DNA of 36,534 nt from Eubacteriales bacterium (GTDB lineage: Bacteria > Bacillota > Clostridia > Oscillospirales > CAG-272): assembly GCA_045593485.1 (NCBI GenBank), contig JAZNWS010000068.1, positions 1 to 36,534 of the forward strand, written 5' to 3'. Positions 25,728-35,298 of this stretch are shown here, one piece after another. The notes under the pieces were generated by a model. It did no database searches, had not been told where the DNA came from, and saw nothing but the letters and a program-made list of their open reading frames with translations. Numbering within the stretch: position 1 is the stretch's first letter; every line of letters begins with the position of its first letter. A program made the position numbers and the translations under genes.

Positions 25728-27902
25728 ATGGCAAAGAAAACAAGCAATAATAATCAGAAATTGCATCCCGACGCGTCTGCGGAAAAGCCTTTGGCAGGCG
25801 GGGAAAAAAAGCCTGTAGCGCCAACCCATAAGAGAAAGGGAGGCGGACATAAGAAGTCTGCGTCAAAGCCCGAATCGCAGGGGGCTACCGTAAAAAAATC
25901 ACAGCAAAAAGCAAAGGAAAAGGTTGAAGTAAGCAGCCGTCAGGAGCAGACCGATATTTCAGCCTTTTATAAATCATATCCCACACAGCCTCGCCGTATT
26001 ATGAGCGCGGATGAGTGGATGGATCAGTATTTTGCATCCGAGCAGGATCACGCGGCCGATAATATTCCTGCGCGCGAGGAAAAGTCTGAAAAAAAGCAGA
26101 GCCAGGCTCGGAGCAAGACAAATCACGAAAAGACAAGACAGGCACATACCGAGAGCGAGTCTGTTCAGACGAAGTCTGCTCAGGTGAAGTCTCCAAGGCC
26201 GAATAAGAGCGCAAAGCCCGCTCGCGCAAGCCAGCCTGCGCCCGAGGGCAAGCTCAAGATAATTCCTCTCGGTGGACTTAACGAGATAGGAAAGAATATG
26301 ACGGTCATTCAGTATGAGGACGATATTGTCGTTGTCGATTGCGGACTCGGCTTTCCCGAGGACGATATGCCCGGTATAGACCTTGTTATTCCCGACGTGA
26401 CCTATCTTGAGGAAAACAAGGACAAGATACGCGGACTTGTGCTGACCCACGGTCATGAGGACCATATCGGCGCAATACCTTACGTGCTCCGCAATATAAA
26501 TCCTCCTATTTACGGAACGAATCTGACGCTTGGAATAGTTAAAAACAAGCTCAAGGAGGTCACGCTTCCGTATCAGCCCAAGCTGAATTGCGTCAGCGCG
26601 GGAGACGTTATTAAGCTCGGCAGTCTTTCTGTGGAGTTTATACACGTAAACCACTCCATAGCGGACGCCTGCGCGCTTGCTATAAAGACACCTCACGGCA
26701 CGATAGTTCATTCGGGTGACTTCAAGCTGGACCTGTCTCCCATCGACGGCGAGATAATGGACCTCACCCGCTTTGGCGAGCTTGGCAAGGAGGGCGTGCT
26801 TGTGCTTATGTGCGAGTCCACAAACGCGGAGCGCCCCGGCACGACGCCGTCGGAGAAGAAGGTAGGCGCGTCGCTTGAATATATCTTTACCGTACAGAAG
26901 GAAAAGAGAATAGTTATCTCTACCTTCTCGTCCAACGTTCACCGCGTGCAGCAGATAATCGACGTTGCGGCAAGACACGGACGCAAGGTTGCTATCACGG
27001 GAAGAAGCATGCTTAATATTGTTGGCGCGGCAGTAGAGCTCGGGTATATGAACGTTCCCGAGGGAGTGCTTATAGACGTGACGGAAATCCGCAGATACAG
27101 TCCCCACGAGGTGACTCTTATCACCACGGGAAGCCAGGGCGAGCCGATGAGCGCGCTTTACCGTATGGCATTTGGCGAGCACAGAGAGGTTAAGCTCGGC
27201 GCGACGGACGTCGTAGTGCTTTCGTCCTCACCCATACCGGGAAATGAGAAGCTTATAAACCGTATAGTCAACGAGCTTTGCAAGCTCGGCGTTGAGGTAA
27301 TACGCGACGCAGCGGTTGAGGTTCACGTTTCGGGACATGCGTGTCAGGAGGAGATAAAGCTTTTGTATGCGCTGACAAAGCCCAAGTATTTTATGCCTAT
27401 TCACGGCGAGTACAAGCATATGTCCGCTAACAGAAATATTGCTCTCTATATGGGAATGGATCCTCGGAATATATTTATATCCGATATAGGTAAGGTTCTT
27501 GAGATAGACGGACACGGCGCAAAATGGGGCGGCACGGTCACCGCGGGCAAGGTGCTTATTGATGGCTACGGCGTTGGTGACGTCGGAAATATCGTTCTGC
27601 GTGACAGAATACTTCTGTCTCAGGACGGTGTGATAATTATAGTAGCAACGATAAGCTCGGACGGTGGATACGTTATGTCAGGCCCCGACATAGTGACACG
27701 AGGATTCGTATACGTGAGAGAGTCCGAGGATCTTATGGAGGAAATGAAGGCGGTCGCGCAGAAGTCCATAATGTCCTGTCTTGGCGGCAGATATACCGAT
27801 TGGTTCAGAATAAAGACCAAGATAAAGGACGATATGTCAAGGTATATATCCTCAAAGACAAAGCGCAAGCCTATGATCATTCCGATGATCATGAACGTGT
27901 GA
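25728..27902 (+). CDS. rnj: Ribonuclease J with a 174-aa basic N-terminal extension
   Basis: 724 aa. The beta-lactamase/beta-CASP core starts at about residue 175 (KLKIIPLGGLNEIGKNM) and has HGHEDHIG. AAGGAAGG SD before the ATG at 25728. Confidence 0.9.
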   Translation: MAKKTSNNNQKLHPDASAEKPLAGGEKKPVAPTHKRKGGGHKKSASKPESQGATVKKSQQKAKEKVEVSSRQEQTDISAFYKSYPTQPRRIMSADEWMDQYFASEQDHAADNIPAREEKSEKKQSQARSKTNHEKTRQAHTESESVQTKSAQVKSPRPNKSAKPARASQPAPEGKLKIIPLGGLNEIGKNMTVIQYEDDIVVVDCGLGFPEDDMPGIDLVIPDVTYLEENKDKIRGLVLTHGHEDHIGAIPYVLRNINPPIYGTNLTLGIVKNKLKEVTLPYQPKLNCVSAGDVIKLGSLSVEFIHVNHSIADACALAIKTPHGTIVHSGDFKLDLSPIDGEIMDLTRFGELGKEGVLVLMCESTNAERPGTTPSEKKVGASLEYIFTVQKEKRIVISTFSSNVHRVQQIIDVAARHGRKVAITGRSMLNIVGAAVELGYMNVPEGVLIDVTEIRRYSPHEVTLITTGSQGEPMSALYRMAFGEHREVKLGATDVVVLSSSPIPGNEKLINRIVNELCKLGVEVIRDAAVEVHVSGHACQEEIKLLYALTKPKYFMPIHGEYKHMSANRNIALYMGMDPRNIFISDIGKVLEIDGHGAKWGGTVTAGKVLIDGYGVGDVGNIVLRDRILLSQDGVIIIVATISSDGGYVMSGPDIVTRGFVYVRESEDLMEEMKAVAQKSIMSCLGGRYTDWFRIKTKIKDDMSRYISSKTKRKPMIIPMIMNV

Positions 27903-28042
27903 TTACACGTAATTATGTAAAAAAATTTTCGCAGTATTCATAAACTATTCAACCTTTTTTCACTATAAAAGAGTATAATATTTAGGAATTTGCAGAATTT
28001 ATAAATAATTCGATAAAAAATTGAAAAGGCGGAACCTAAAAA

Positions 28043-29866
28043 ATGGGAAAAGGCAACAGAAACAAGCTTCAGAGAGCTCAGCAGGTAAGTGAGACAGATA
28101 AGTATCTTACAAGCTCTCAAAAGAAAAAGAACAATAACGATACAAAGAAGGGTAAGATAATTGCGGCAGTCTGCATAGTTCTTGCAGTTGCTGTGGTACT
28201 CAGTATCGTTTGCACAGTGCTTGATCAGACAGGAGTATTTGGTCAGATCGAGGGCGCTATCAACAGAAACACTGAGATCATGTCTCTTCAGACGGGTCAC
28301 TTCACAGTCAATAAAATGACTATGAATATTTTCTTTAACGAGCAGATAATGACCTGGTACGGACAGTACGGCTCGTACGCGCAGTATTTCGGACTTGACT
28401 TCAGCAAGGACCTCAGAGATCAGGTATATTCCAAGGCAACGGCAGATAAGCCCGCTGTATCCTGGTACGACTACTTCCTTGATCAGGCAAAGTCTCAGGC
28501 TCAGATGTATCTCGTTTATGCAAACGCGGCTTACGATATGGGTCTTGAGCTTGACGATGAGGACAGAGAGAATATTGACGCGGCTATCGCATCCATCGAC
28601 GCATCCGCTGAGGCTTACGGACTTAAGTACAGCGATTTCTACGGCGAGGGTGTCAAGAAGGACGATATTCTTAAGTACTACGAGATAGTCTACTATGCAA
28701 ACAAGTACTCCGAGGTTATGACCGAGAAGTATAAGGAGGATCTTAAGAAGGATACCGAGAACAAGGCGATCATAGAATTCCGTGAGAACAACAAGGAAAG
28801 CTTCTATACCGCAGACGTTCTTAAGTATCAGATCAAGGTTGATTCCAAGGGAATGACCGACGTTGAATACGACAACGCTGTAAAGGATGCTAAGGCGAGA
28901 GCCGATAAGCTTGCGGGCGCAAGCAACGCGGACGAATTCTTCAAGCTTATTCTTGAGGACATTGAATCCCAGAAGACTGAGGATCAGGGACCCTCTGTAA
29001 ACGTTACGGAAAAGCCCAGCGAGGGCGCTACAGAAAAGCCCACGACAGCTCCTACCGAGCCCTCTATGGATGATTATAAGGATACTATTGAGTATACAAC
29101 AGGCGGCGGCAAGCTCGAGGATTGGCTTTTTGGTATAGAGGAGGAGACCTCCACGGTTGAGCGTGATCCCGCAGAGAACGGCGATACCTTCGTTGAGGAT
29201 AAGACAGAGACATATACCGAAAAGGCTACCGAGAATTCAACTGAGAAGCCCACATATAAGAAGTATACCGTGACAGCTTACTGTGTATATGAGTCTATGC
29301 ACTTCGACACAGACCTTACAAGAAACCTTGGCTACTTTATCTCCACAGATAAGGCAACCGCAGAGGCGATCCTTAAGAAGTTCAAGGAAGGCACAATGAG
29401 CGCAGAGACACTTGACAAGCTCGGCAAGGAAGCAGTAGACGCGCTCCCCGATGACAGCAAGATATCTATCGGTCACGCAGCTCCCAAGCAGGTTGCTCCG
29501 GGATATTTCAAGCAAAGTGACAGCGCGTTTGTGCTGATAGACAATTGGCTTGAGGATGAGGCTCGCAAGCCAGGAGACGTTTCTGACGTTATAACCCTGT
29601 TGAGTAAGCCTGCAGGCGCTAAGGAAACCACAAATTATTACGCAATATGCTTCTTTGAGGATTTCGACGAGGCTGTATGGCACGTACAGGCAACAAACGG
29701 AGTTGTAGGCGAAATGTTTGAGGAATGGTATCAGGGCGAGGACGGAAAGGGCGGTCAGCTCGCATCTAACCCCGTGACCTTCAACGATAAGAAGACGGAT
29801 GATCTCTACCAGACATACGTTCCTTATATGCTCAGCTATTTCTCGTCTCTCGGCGCACTTTCCTGA
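28043..29866 (+). CDS. Hypothetical N-terminally membrane-anchored extracytoplasmic protein
   Basis: 607 aa. Basic cytoplasmic tail, one TM segment (IIAAVCIVLAVAVVLSIVCTVL), a large acidic ectodomain, and TEKP-type low-complexity linkers. No family assigned with confidence. Confidence 0.7.
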   Translation: MGKGNRNKLQRAQQVSETDKYLTSSQKKKNNNDTKKGKIIAAVCIVLAVAVVLSIVCTVLDQTGVFGQIEGAINRNTEIMSLQTGHFTVNKMTMNIFFNEQIMTWYGQYGSYAQYFGLDFSKDLRDQVYSKATADKPAVSWYDYFLDQAKSQAQMYLVYANAAYDMGLELDDEDRENIDAAIASIDASAEAYGLKYSDFYGEGVKKDDILKYYEIVYYANKYSEVMTEKYKEDLKKDTENKAIIEFRENNKESFYTADVLKYQIKVDSKGMTDVEYDNAVKDAKARADKLAGASNADEFFKLILEDIESQKTEDQGPSVNVTEKPSEGATEKPTTAPTEPSMDDYKDTIEYTTGGGKLEDWLFGIEEETSTVERDPAENGDTFVEDKTETYTEKATENSTEKPTYKKYTVTAYCVYESMHFDTDLTRNLGYFISTDKATAEAILKKFKEGTMSAETLDKLGKEAVDALPDDSKISIGHAAPKQVAPGYFKQSDSAFVLIDNWLEDEARKPGDVSDVITLLSKPAGAKETTNYYAICFFEDFDEAVWHVQATNGVVGEMFEEWYQGEDGKGGQLASNPVTFNDKKTDDLYQTYVPYMLSYFSSLGALS

Positions 29867-29894
29867 TTTGAGCAAAGATAATTAACAAATAACG

Positions 29895-29929
29895 TATGGG
29901 GTTGTCACACAATGTGTTTCAACCCCATA
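29895..29929 (+). other. Extended stem-loop between the 607-aa gene and the Cys-rich gene
   Basis: TATGGGGTTG...CAACCCCATA (10 bp) with an inner ACAC/GTGT stem. No T-tract, so it is probably not a terminator. Confidence 0.45.
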
Positions 29930-29997
29930 AAATTCTATGTCACACAAAAGCACTGAAGCATAAAATCATAGTAAATTCAGACGATCGGAGAATAGAT

Positions 29998-30690
29998 ATG
30001 GTATTGAATGAAAAACAAACGACAGTTGCATACAGATGTCCCTCTTGCGGAGCGGGGGTTATGAGTCCCGTAGGCATTTTTGCGCTGTCCGGAGATATGG
30101 TGAAGCTCAAATGCAGCTGCAAAAACAGCGAAATGACGCTGGTTCATAGAAAAGACAATAACACCGTAAGAATTACCGTTCCTTGCATATTCTGCGAGAA
30201 GCCCCACACATTTACGGTAAATACCTCGTTGTTTTTTTCCAAGGAGCTTTTTGTTCTGCCTTGCCCTTATTCCGATATAAACGTTGGATTCGTCGGAGAG
30301 GAAAACGTGGTCAAAGCGGAGCTTGCGCGTACTGAGCTCGAGCTCCTCGATATGCTTGAGCAGAACGGTATAGAGGATTTTCACAGTCTGCACGGAGACG
30401 AAATGACCATTACAGACTCTCAGATCGTGGATATAGTGACGTTTGTGATACGCGACCTTGATGCAGAGGGAAAGATATTCTGCACCTGTCATCCAAACGG
30501 ACGCGAGCCTATTGCGGACGATATGCTCGAAAGGGAAGACTGCACGTATGACGTGGAATTCACAAATGACGGAATAAAAATAACCTGTACCGAATGTGGC
30601 GACAGCGCGATTATTCCCACTGATTCTCGACTTACGGCGCACGCGTTCCTTAACTGTGACAAGCTTGTGCTTGAGAAAAATGAAAAATAA
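29998..30690 (+). CDS. Hypothetical cysteine-rich (multi zinc-ribbon-like) protein
   Basis: 230 aa from the internal ATG at 29998 (GGAG 8 nt upstream). Motifs CPSCG, CSC, PCIFC, CTCH, CTECG. The track ORF start at 29896 lies inside the upstream hairpin. Confidence 0.65.
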   Translation: MVLNEKQTTVAYRCPSCGAGVMSPVGIFALSGDMVKLKCSCKNSEMTLVHRKDNNTVRITVPCIFCEKPHTFTVNTSLFFSKELFVLPCPYSDINVGFVGEENVVKAELARTELELLDMLEQNGIEDFHSLHGDEMTITDSQIVDIVTFVIRDLDAEGKIFCTCHPNGREPIADDMLEREDCTYDVEFTNDGIKITCTECGDSAIIPTDSRLTAHAFLNCDKLVLEKNEK

Positions 30691-30693
30691 TAT

Positions 30694-30719
30694 AAAGCAC
30701 CGCGGACGCGGTGCTTTTT
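30694..30719 (+). terminator. Intrinsic terminator after the Cys-rich gene
   Basis: AGCACCGC-GGAC-GCGGTGCT followed by TTTT. Confidence 0.85.
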
Positions 30720-30834
30720 GCTTTCTTTTTATCGACAAATTTTTTCACAAAGCGCCAACCCCCGCATAGTATAATAGTGAGAACGGTATTTGACACTGTT
30801 CGACATTATTTTATATTTTACAAGGAGGTTCTTT

Positions 30835-30927
30835 ATGAACAACTGTCTTTGCGGAATTTTCAACGATAACTGGGTTTGGCTTATTATCATCGCTCTTCTC
30901 ATACTTTGCTGCTGCTGCGGACACTGA
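30835..30927 (+). CDS. Small Cys-rich hydrophobic peptide (30 aa): MNNCLCGIFNDNWVWLIIIALLILCCCCGH
   Basis: Translated by hand and absent from the ORF track. AAGGAGG lies 6 nt upstream of the ATG. A dedicated terminator follows at 30951-30982. It has one TM-like core flanked by Cys residues. Confidence 0.45.
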   Translation: MNNCLCGIFNDNWVWLIIIALLILCCCCGH

Positions 30928-30950
30928 TAAATTCAGTCTTGGTTCAACAT

Positions 30951-30982
30951 AAAAACGCCCTCGCTCTGCGGGGGCGTTTTTA
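30951..30982. terminator. Bidirectional intrinsic terminator (small peptide gene / oxidoreductase gene)
   Basis: AAAACGCCC-(CGC-TCT-GCG)-GGGCGTTTTT, between convergent genes. Confidence 0.8.
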
Positions 30983-30991
30983 TGTTTGCAA

Positions 30992-32032
30992 TCAAAGCTT
31001 TACAGGGAGTCCCGTTCTGTCGGACTCGAATGCCGCTTCCATTATTTTCATTACCTGCATCATCTGTGTGTGTGTGACGATTTGCTCAGCCTCTCCATCG
31101 ATCGCAGCAACGAAGTTTCTGTAGAAATCGTGTACGTCAATAGTAGGCTGGGGAATGAAATGCTCCTCAATGGTGCTCTTGTCTCTGGGCGCCATAGTCT
31201 TTGTGATACCTGCCGCAGTCTTTACAGGAACAACGTCCTTCATCTCCCAATTCGTGCAATAAATCGCGCGACAATCCTGTCCCCAGTTGGGAATCTGCGC
31301 GCTTCCGTTGGTTCCGTACATTGAGAAACGGGGCATAGTGATAAAGTGAGACGTGCCAACCTCTATGTGAGCGGTGAGGTCATCCTCAAAATACAGATCA
31401 AGAGCGAATCCGTCGTCCACCTCGGGATTTGTGATGTGGTCGCAACGGCAATATACCGAGAGAGGCTTTTTGTCGGTGACTATCTGCATAACTTGGTCGA
31501 TCAAGTGAACGCCCCAGTCCAGCATCATACCGCCGCCATGCTCCTTTTCCTTACGCCAGTCACCGGGAATTCCGTGGCTGCCCTGAACGTAGGAGCTCAT
31601 GCTGAACACGTCGCCAAGCTTTCCGCTGTTATACATATCGCGCATAACGAGGAATTCGCCGTCCCAACGTCTGTTTTGATGAACGGTGAAGCGTCTGTCA
31701 TACTTTACCGATGCGTCTATCATTTCCTGAAGATCTGCGCTTGAGAGTGTGACGGGCTTTTCACAGATGACGTGCTTGCCTGCCGCCATAGCGCGAATAG
31801 CGATTTCCTTATGTACGTCGTTGGGAGTTGCTACGACAACGAAATCAACACTTTTATCGGCAAGAAGCGCTTCTTCTGATTCGTAAGATTTTATTCCGTT
31901 CTGTACGGCAAAGGCCTGCTTGTCGGGATTTATATCGTAAATACCTGCAAGATTTACAACCTTGTTATCTCTTGCGAAAACGGCGTGCCAGCCGCCCATT
32001 CCGCCAAAACCAATTATCGCAACGTTTTTCAT
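30992..32032 (-). CDS. Gfo/Idh/MocA family NAD(P)-dependent oxidoreductase
   Basis: N-terminal Rossmann motif VAIIGFGGMGGWH and EKP motif (ICEKPV). The start was set at the ATG at 32032 (AAGGAA upstream). The alternative ATG at 32050 lacks an SD. Confidence 0.85.
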   Translation of the reverse strand: MKNVAIIGFGGMGGWHAVFARDNKVVNLAGIYDINPDKQAFAVQNGIKSYESEEALLADKSVDFVVVATPNDVHKEIAIRAMAAGKHVICEKPVTLSSADLQEMIDASVKYDRRFTVHQNRRWDGEFLVMRDMYNSGKLGDVFSMSSYVQGSHGIPGDWRKEKEHGGGMMLDWGVHLIDQVMQIVTDKKPLSVYCRCDHITNPEVDDGFALDLYFEDDLTAHIEVGTSHFITMPRFSMYGTNGSAQIPNWGQDCRAIYCTNWEMKDVVPVKTAAGITKTMAPRDKSTIEEHFIPQPTIDVHDFYRNFVAAIDGEAEQIVTHTQMMQVMKIMEAAFESDRTGLPVKL

Positions 32033-32178
32033 AATAGGAATTCCTTTCATTTGTGGACATAATTTGTCTCTGTTAATTCAATTATAAGACAAAAAGTGCT
32101 AAAAATCAAGACGAAATAAGAGAAAACACGGACAAAAATTGCTATATTTATAAGAGTGAAAAAAATTTTTGAAACCTA

Positions 32179-32207
32179 TTGAGAAATTTATAAAAATATT
32201 ATATAAT
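32179..32207 (+). promoter_or_regulatory. Sigma-A type promoter for lepA-hemW
   Basis: TTGAGA (32179-32184)-17 nt-TATAAT (32202-32207). The ATG is at 32252. Confidence 0.55.
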
Positions 32208-32251
32208 ATTATGCGTATATGCTTTTGATTCAAACCGAAAGGAATTTTTAG

Positions 32252-34072
32252 ATGTCACAGTCAGACAGAATGAAAAAAATCAGGAATTTTTCCATAATAG
32301 CCCATATTGACCATGGCAAATCCACGCTTGCGGACAGAATACTCGAGGCGACCTCGGCGGTGTCAAAGCGCGAGATGGAGGAGCAGGTTCTTGATAACAT
32401 GGACCTTGAGCGCGAGAGAGGAATCACTATCAAGGCGAGAGCTGTAAAGCTTGACTATACCGCGCCCGACGGCGAGCAGTATGTTCTCAACCTCATTGAC
32501 ACTCCCGGCCACGTGGACTTTAACTACGAGGTGTCACGATCCCTCAATGCGTGTGATGGCGCTCTGCTTGTGGTTGACGCCACGCAGGGAATAGAGGCGC
32601 AGACGCTTGCAAATGCGTATCTTGCGGTTGACGCAAACCTTGAGATAATCCCCGTAATAAATAAGATAGACCTACCCTCCGCAGACATTGAGCGAGTAAG
32701 GGCGGCAGTTGAGGACGAGATTGGCATACCTGCCGAGGACTGTCCGGCGGTATCCGCTAAAACGGGTCTTAACATACAGCAGGTGCTTGACGCGATAGTC
32801 CGCGACATTCCCGCGCCCCGAGGTGACGAAAATGCGCCCCTCAAGGCACTTATTTTCGACTCATATTATGACAGCTATCTCGGTGTCGTTGTAAACATCA
32901 GAGTTATGGACGGCTCGGTCAAGGCGGGAGACAAAATACGCCTTATGAGTACGGGTAGGGAATTTGATATAGTAGAGGTCGGCACTATGGAGGCGTTTGG
33001 TCTTTGCAAGTGCGAGTCTCTCTCGGCAGGCGAGGTTGGATATATCACCGCTTCCATAAAGAGCGTAGGCGACACACGTGTTGGTGATACAGTCACTCTT
33101 GCAAGCAATCCCGCCGATGAGGCGCTTCCCGGATTCCAGGCGGTTCAGCCTATGGTTTTTGCGGGAATATATCCTGCGGACGGAGCAAAATATCCCGATC
33201 TTCGCGATGCGCTTGAAAAGCTGCAGCTCAACGACGCAGCGCTCGTGTTTGAGCCCGAAACGTCTGTTGCGCTTGGCTTTGGATTCCGTTGTGGCTTCCT
33301 CGGACTACTTCACATGGAGATCATTGAGGAGAGACTTGAGCGAGAATTCAATCTGGATCTTATCACCACCGCGCCGGGCGTTATTTACGAGATAAAATTG
33401 CGCACGGGCGAGGTTATAAATATCGAAAACCCCTCAAACTATCCCACAGCGGACGAGATTGAGGAGGCAAGAGAGCCCATAGTTAAGGCAAGCATAATTA
33501 CACCCACCGACTACGTTGGCGGTCTTATGGATCTTTGCCAGGACAGACGCGGAATATTTATTGATATGAAGTATATTGACGCCAACCGCGTTGAGCTTCA
33601 CTATGACCTGCCTCTCAACGAGATAATCTATGACTTTTTTGATGCGCTCAAGAGCCGCTCGCGCGGATATGCGTCGCTGGACTATGAGCTCAAGGGTTAT
33701 CAGCCGTCTAAGCTCGTAAAGCTTGACTTTATGCTTAACGGCGAGCAGGTTGACGCGCTTTCCTTTATCGTTCACGAGGAAAAGGCGTACACCAGAGCGC
33801 GCAAAATTGCCGAAAGACTTAAGGAAAACATACCGCGTCAGCTCTTTGAGGTGCCGATCCAGGCGGCTATCGGATCACGTATAATTGCGCGAGAGACTGT
33901 CAAGGCTATGCGCAAGGACGTGCTTGCAAAGTGCTATGGCGGTGACATAACGCGTAAGAAAAAGCTGCTTGAAAAGCAAAAAGAGGGTAAGAAAAAGATG
34001 CGCCAGCTGGGATCGGTGCAGGTCACTCCCGAGGCGTTTATGGCGGTGCTTAAGCTTGGCGATGACAACTGA
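32252..34072 (+). CDS. lepA: Translation elongation factor 4
   Basis: 606 aa. GTPase motifs [21 protein letters not shown]. Characteristic LepA C-terminal domain. Confidence 0.97.
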   Translation: MSQSDRMKKIRNFSIIAHIDHGKSTLADRILEATSAVSKREMEEQVLDNMDLERERGITIKARAVKLDYTAPDGEQYVLNLIDTPGHVDFNYEVSRSLNACDGALLVVDATQGIEAQTLANAYLAVDANLEIIPVINKIDLPSADIERVRAAVEDEIGIPAEDCPAVSAKTGLNIQQVLDAIVRDIPAPRGDENAPLKALIFDSYYDSYLGVVVNIRVMDGSVKAGDKIRLMSTGREFDIVEVGTMEAFGLCKCESLSAGEVGYITASIKSVGDTRVGDTVTLASNPADEALPGFQAVQPMVFAGIYPADGAKYPDLRDALEKLQLNDAALVFEPETSVALGFGFRCGFLGLLHMEIIEERLEREFNLDLITTAPGVIYEIKLRTGEVINIENPSNYPTADEIEEAREPIVKASIITPTDYVGGLMDLCQDRRGIFIDMKYIDANRVELHYDLPLNEIIYDFFDALKSRSRGYASLDYELKGYQPSKLVKLDFMLNGEQVDALSFIVHEEKAYTRARKIAERLKENIPRQLFEVPIQAAIGSRIIARETVKAMRKDVLAKCYGGDITRKKKLLEKQKEGKKKMRQLGSVQVTPEAFMAVLKLGDDN

Positions 34073-35201
34073 TACACTGGGAATTTATATCCACGTGCCG
34101 TTTTGCGCGTCAAAATGCTATTATTGCGACTTTTGCTCCACCTCCGCGGCAAAGCGTGAGAAAATTGATGCGTACGTCAGAGCTTTGATAAACGAGATAG
34201 GCGAGTTTGCAAATAGGCACAATCAGAAATTCAAGGTTGATACCCTGTATTTCGGCGGCGGCACTCCAACGCTTTTGTCGGTTGAGAATTTTGAGGATAT
34301 TTTGTCCTGCGTGCGAGAGCGCTTTGAGCTTTTGCCAAGCGCAGAGATAACTGCAGAGGCAAATCCCAAAACCGCCGATTTTGATAAGCTTTTCAGTATA
34401 CGACAGCTTGGTATAAACCGTTTGAGTATCGGTATGCAGTCGGTGCATGACAGCGAGCTGAAGGCGCTCGGTCGAATCCATAAATTCAAGGATTTTGAGG
34501 ACTTTTACCTCGACGCGCGGCGCGCAGGCTTTGATAATATCTCGGTTGACCTTATGTACGGTATTCCCGAGCAGACTATGGATAGCTTTGAGGAGTCCGT
34601 CGCAAAGCTTACCGAGCTTGCTCCCGATCATATTTCCTCGTACTGTCTCAAAATTGAGGAGGGAACGAGGTTTTATCAGAAGCGTGAGTCACTCGCGCTT
34701 CCCGACGAGGACACTGTCTGCGATATGTACGAGAGCATGGGTAATATTTTGCGGGGCGCGGGATATAATAAATATGAGATAAGCAATTTTTCAAGGACGG
34801 GGCGTGAGTCACGTCATAATCTGAAATATTGGCAATATGACGACTATATAGGCTTTGGGTCAGGCGCGCATTCATTTTTTGAGGGCAAAAGATTTGCAAA
34901 CTCACGGGATATTGACGGATATATTTTGTCTGATGGTCTTGGCGAGCGTGAAAGCGAGGAGATAATTTCAGACTCCGAGGCAGAGAACGAATACGTTATG
35001 CTTGGAATGAGGCTTTCGCGTGGCGTTGATATTTCAGAATACAGGTCGCGCTTTGGGAAAAAATTTAATGAGAGATTTGGAAAAAAATTTAAAAAATTCT
35101 CTCCCGAATTTGTTGTTTTGAGTGAAAATAATTGCAGATTTACCGAAAGAGGAATGTTTGTAAGCAATTATATTCTCTCGGAAACCCTTGATTTTTCTTG
35201 A
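34062..35201 (+). CDS. hemW: Radical SAM heme chaperone HemW (HemN-like, oxygen-independent coproporphyrinogen oxidase family)
   Basis: 379 aa from the ATG at 34062, overlapping the lepA end by 11 nt. Radical [13 protein letters not shown]. The lepA-hemW pairing is conserved synteny. Confidence 0.9.
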   Translation: MTTDTLGIYIHVPFCASKCYYCDFCSTSAAKREKIDAYVRALINEIGEFANRHNQKFKVDTLYFGGGTPTLLSVENFEDILSCVRERFELLPSAEITAEANPKTADFDKLFSIRQLGINRLSIGMQSVHDSELKALGRIHKFKDFEDFYLDARRAGFDNISVDLMYGIPEQTMDSFEESVAKLTELAPDHISSYCLKIEEGTRFYQKRESLALPDEDTVCDMYESMGNILRGAGYNKYEISNFSRTGRESRHNLKYWQYDDYIGFGSGAHSFFEGKRFANSRDIDGYILSDGLGERESEEIISDSEAENEYVMLGMRLSRGVDISEYRSRFGKKFNERFGKKFKKFSPEFVVLSENNCRFTERGMFVSNYILSETLDFS

Positions 35202-35269
35202 CTTTTGGAGCAAAGTGTCTATAAAACGATTTAGCAGACTAAAGTTTAAAGATATTTTGCACAAAGGTA

Positions 35270-35298
35270 TTGACAAGTCAGTAAAAATATGCTATAAT
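35270..35298 (+). promoter_or_regulatory. Consensus sigma-A promoter with extended -10
   Basis: TTGACA (35270-35275)-17 nt ending TGC-TATAAT (35293-35298). Confidence 0.65.

Noticed and set aside
25974-27182. A 402-aa ORF antisense to rnj, and similar long antisense ORFs (8477-9178 plus strand, 29977-30738 minus, 16724-17305 minus, 19847-20350 minus, 23884-24573 plus, 5641-6171 plus).
   Set aside because: All lie opposite genes with clear family signatures. They lack SD sequences and have Arg/Leu/Ser/Cys-rich shadow-frame composition. I treat them as non-coding shadows.
30790-30817. TTGACA-16-TATATT sigma-A-like promoter just upstream of the small peptide gene.
   Set aside because: The predicted start would fall inside or after the SD (30822-30828), leaving no functional leader. 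It may be fortuitous or may serve another purpose.
32033-32050. The upstream ATG (32050) as the start of the Gfo/Idh/MocA oxidoreductase.
   Set aside because: No SD precedes it, whereas the ATG at 32032 has AAGGAA upstream and begins directly at the Rossmann motif. The call remains uncertain by 6 codons.
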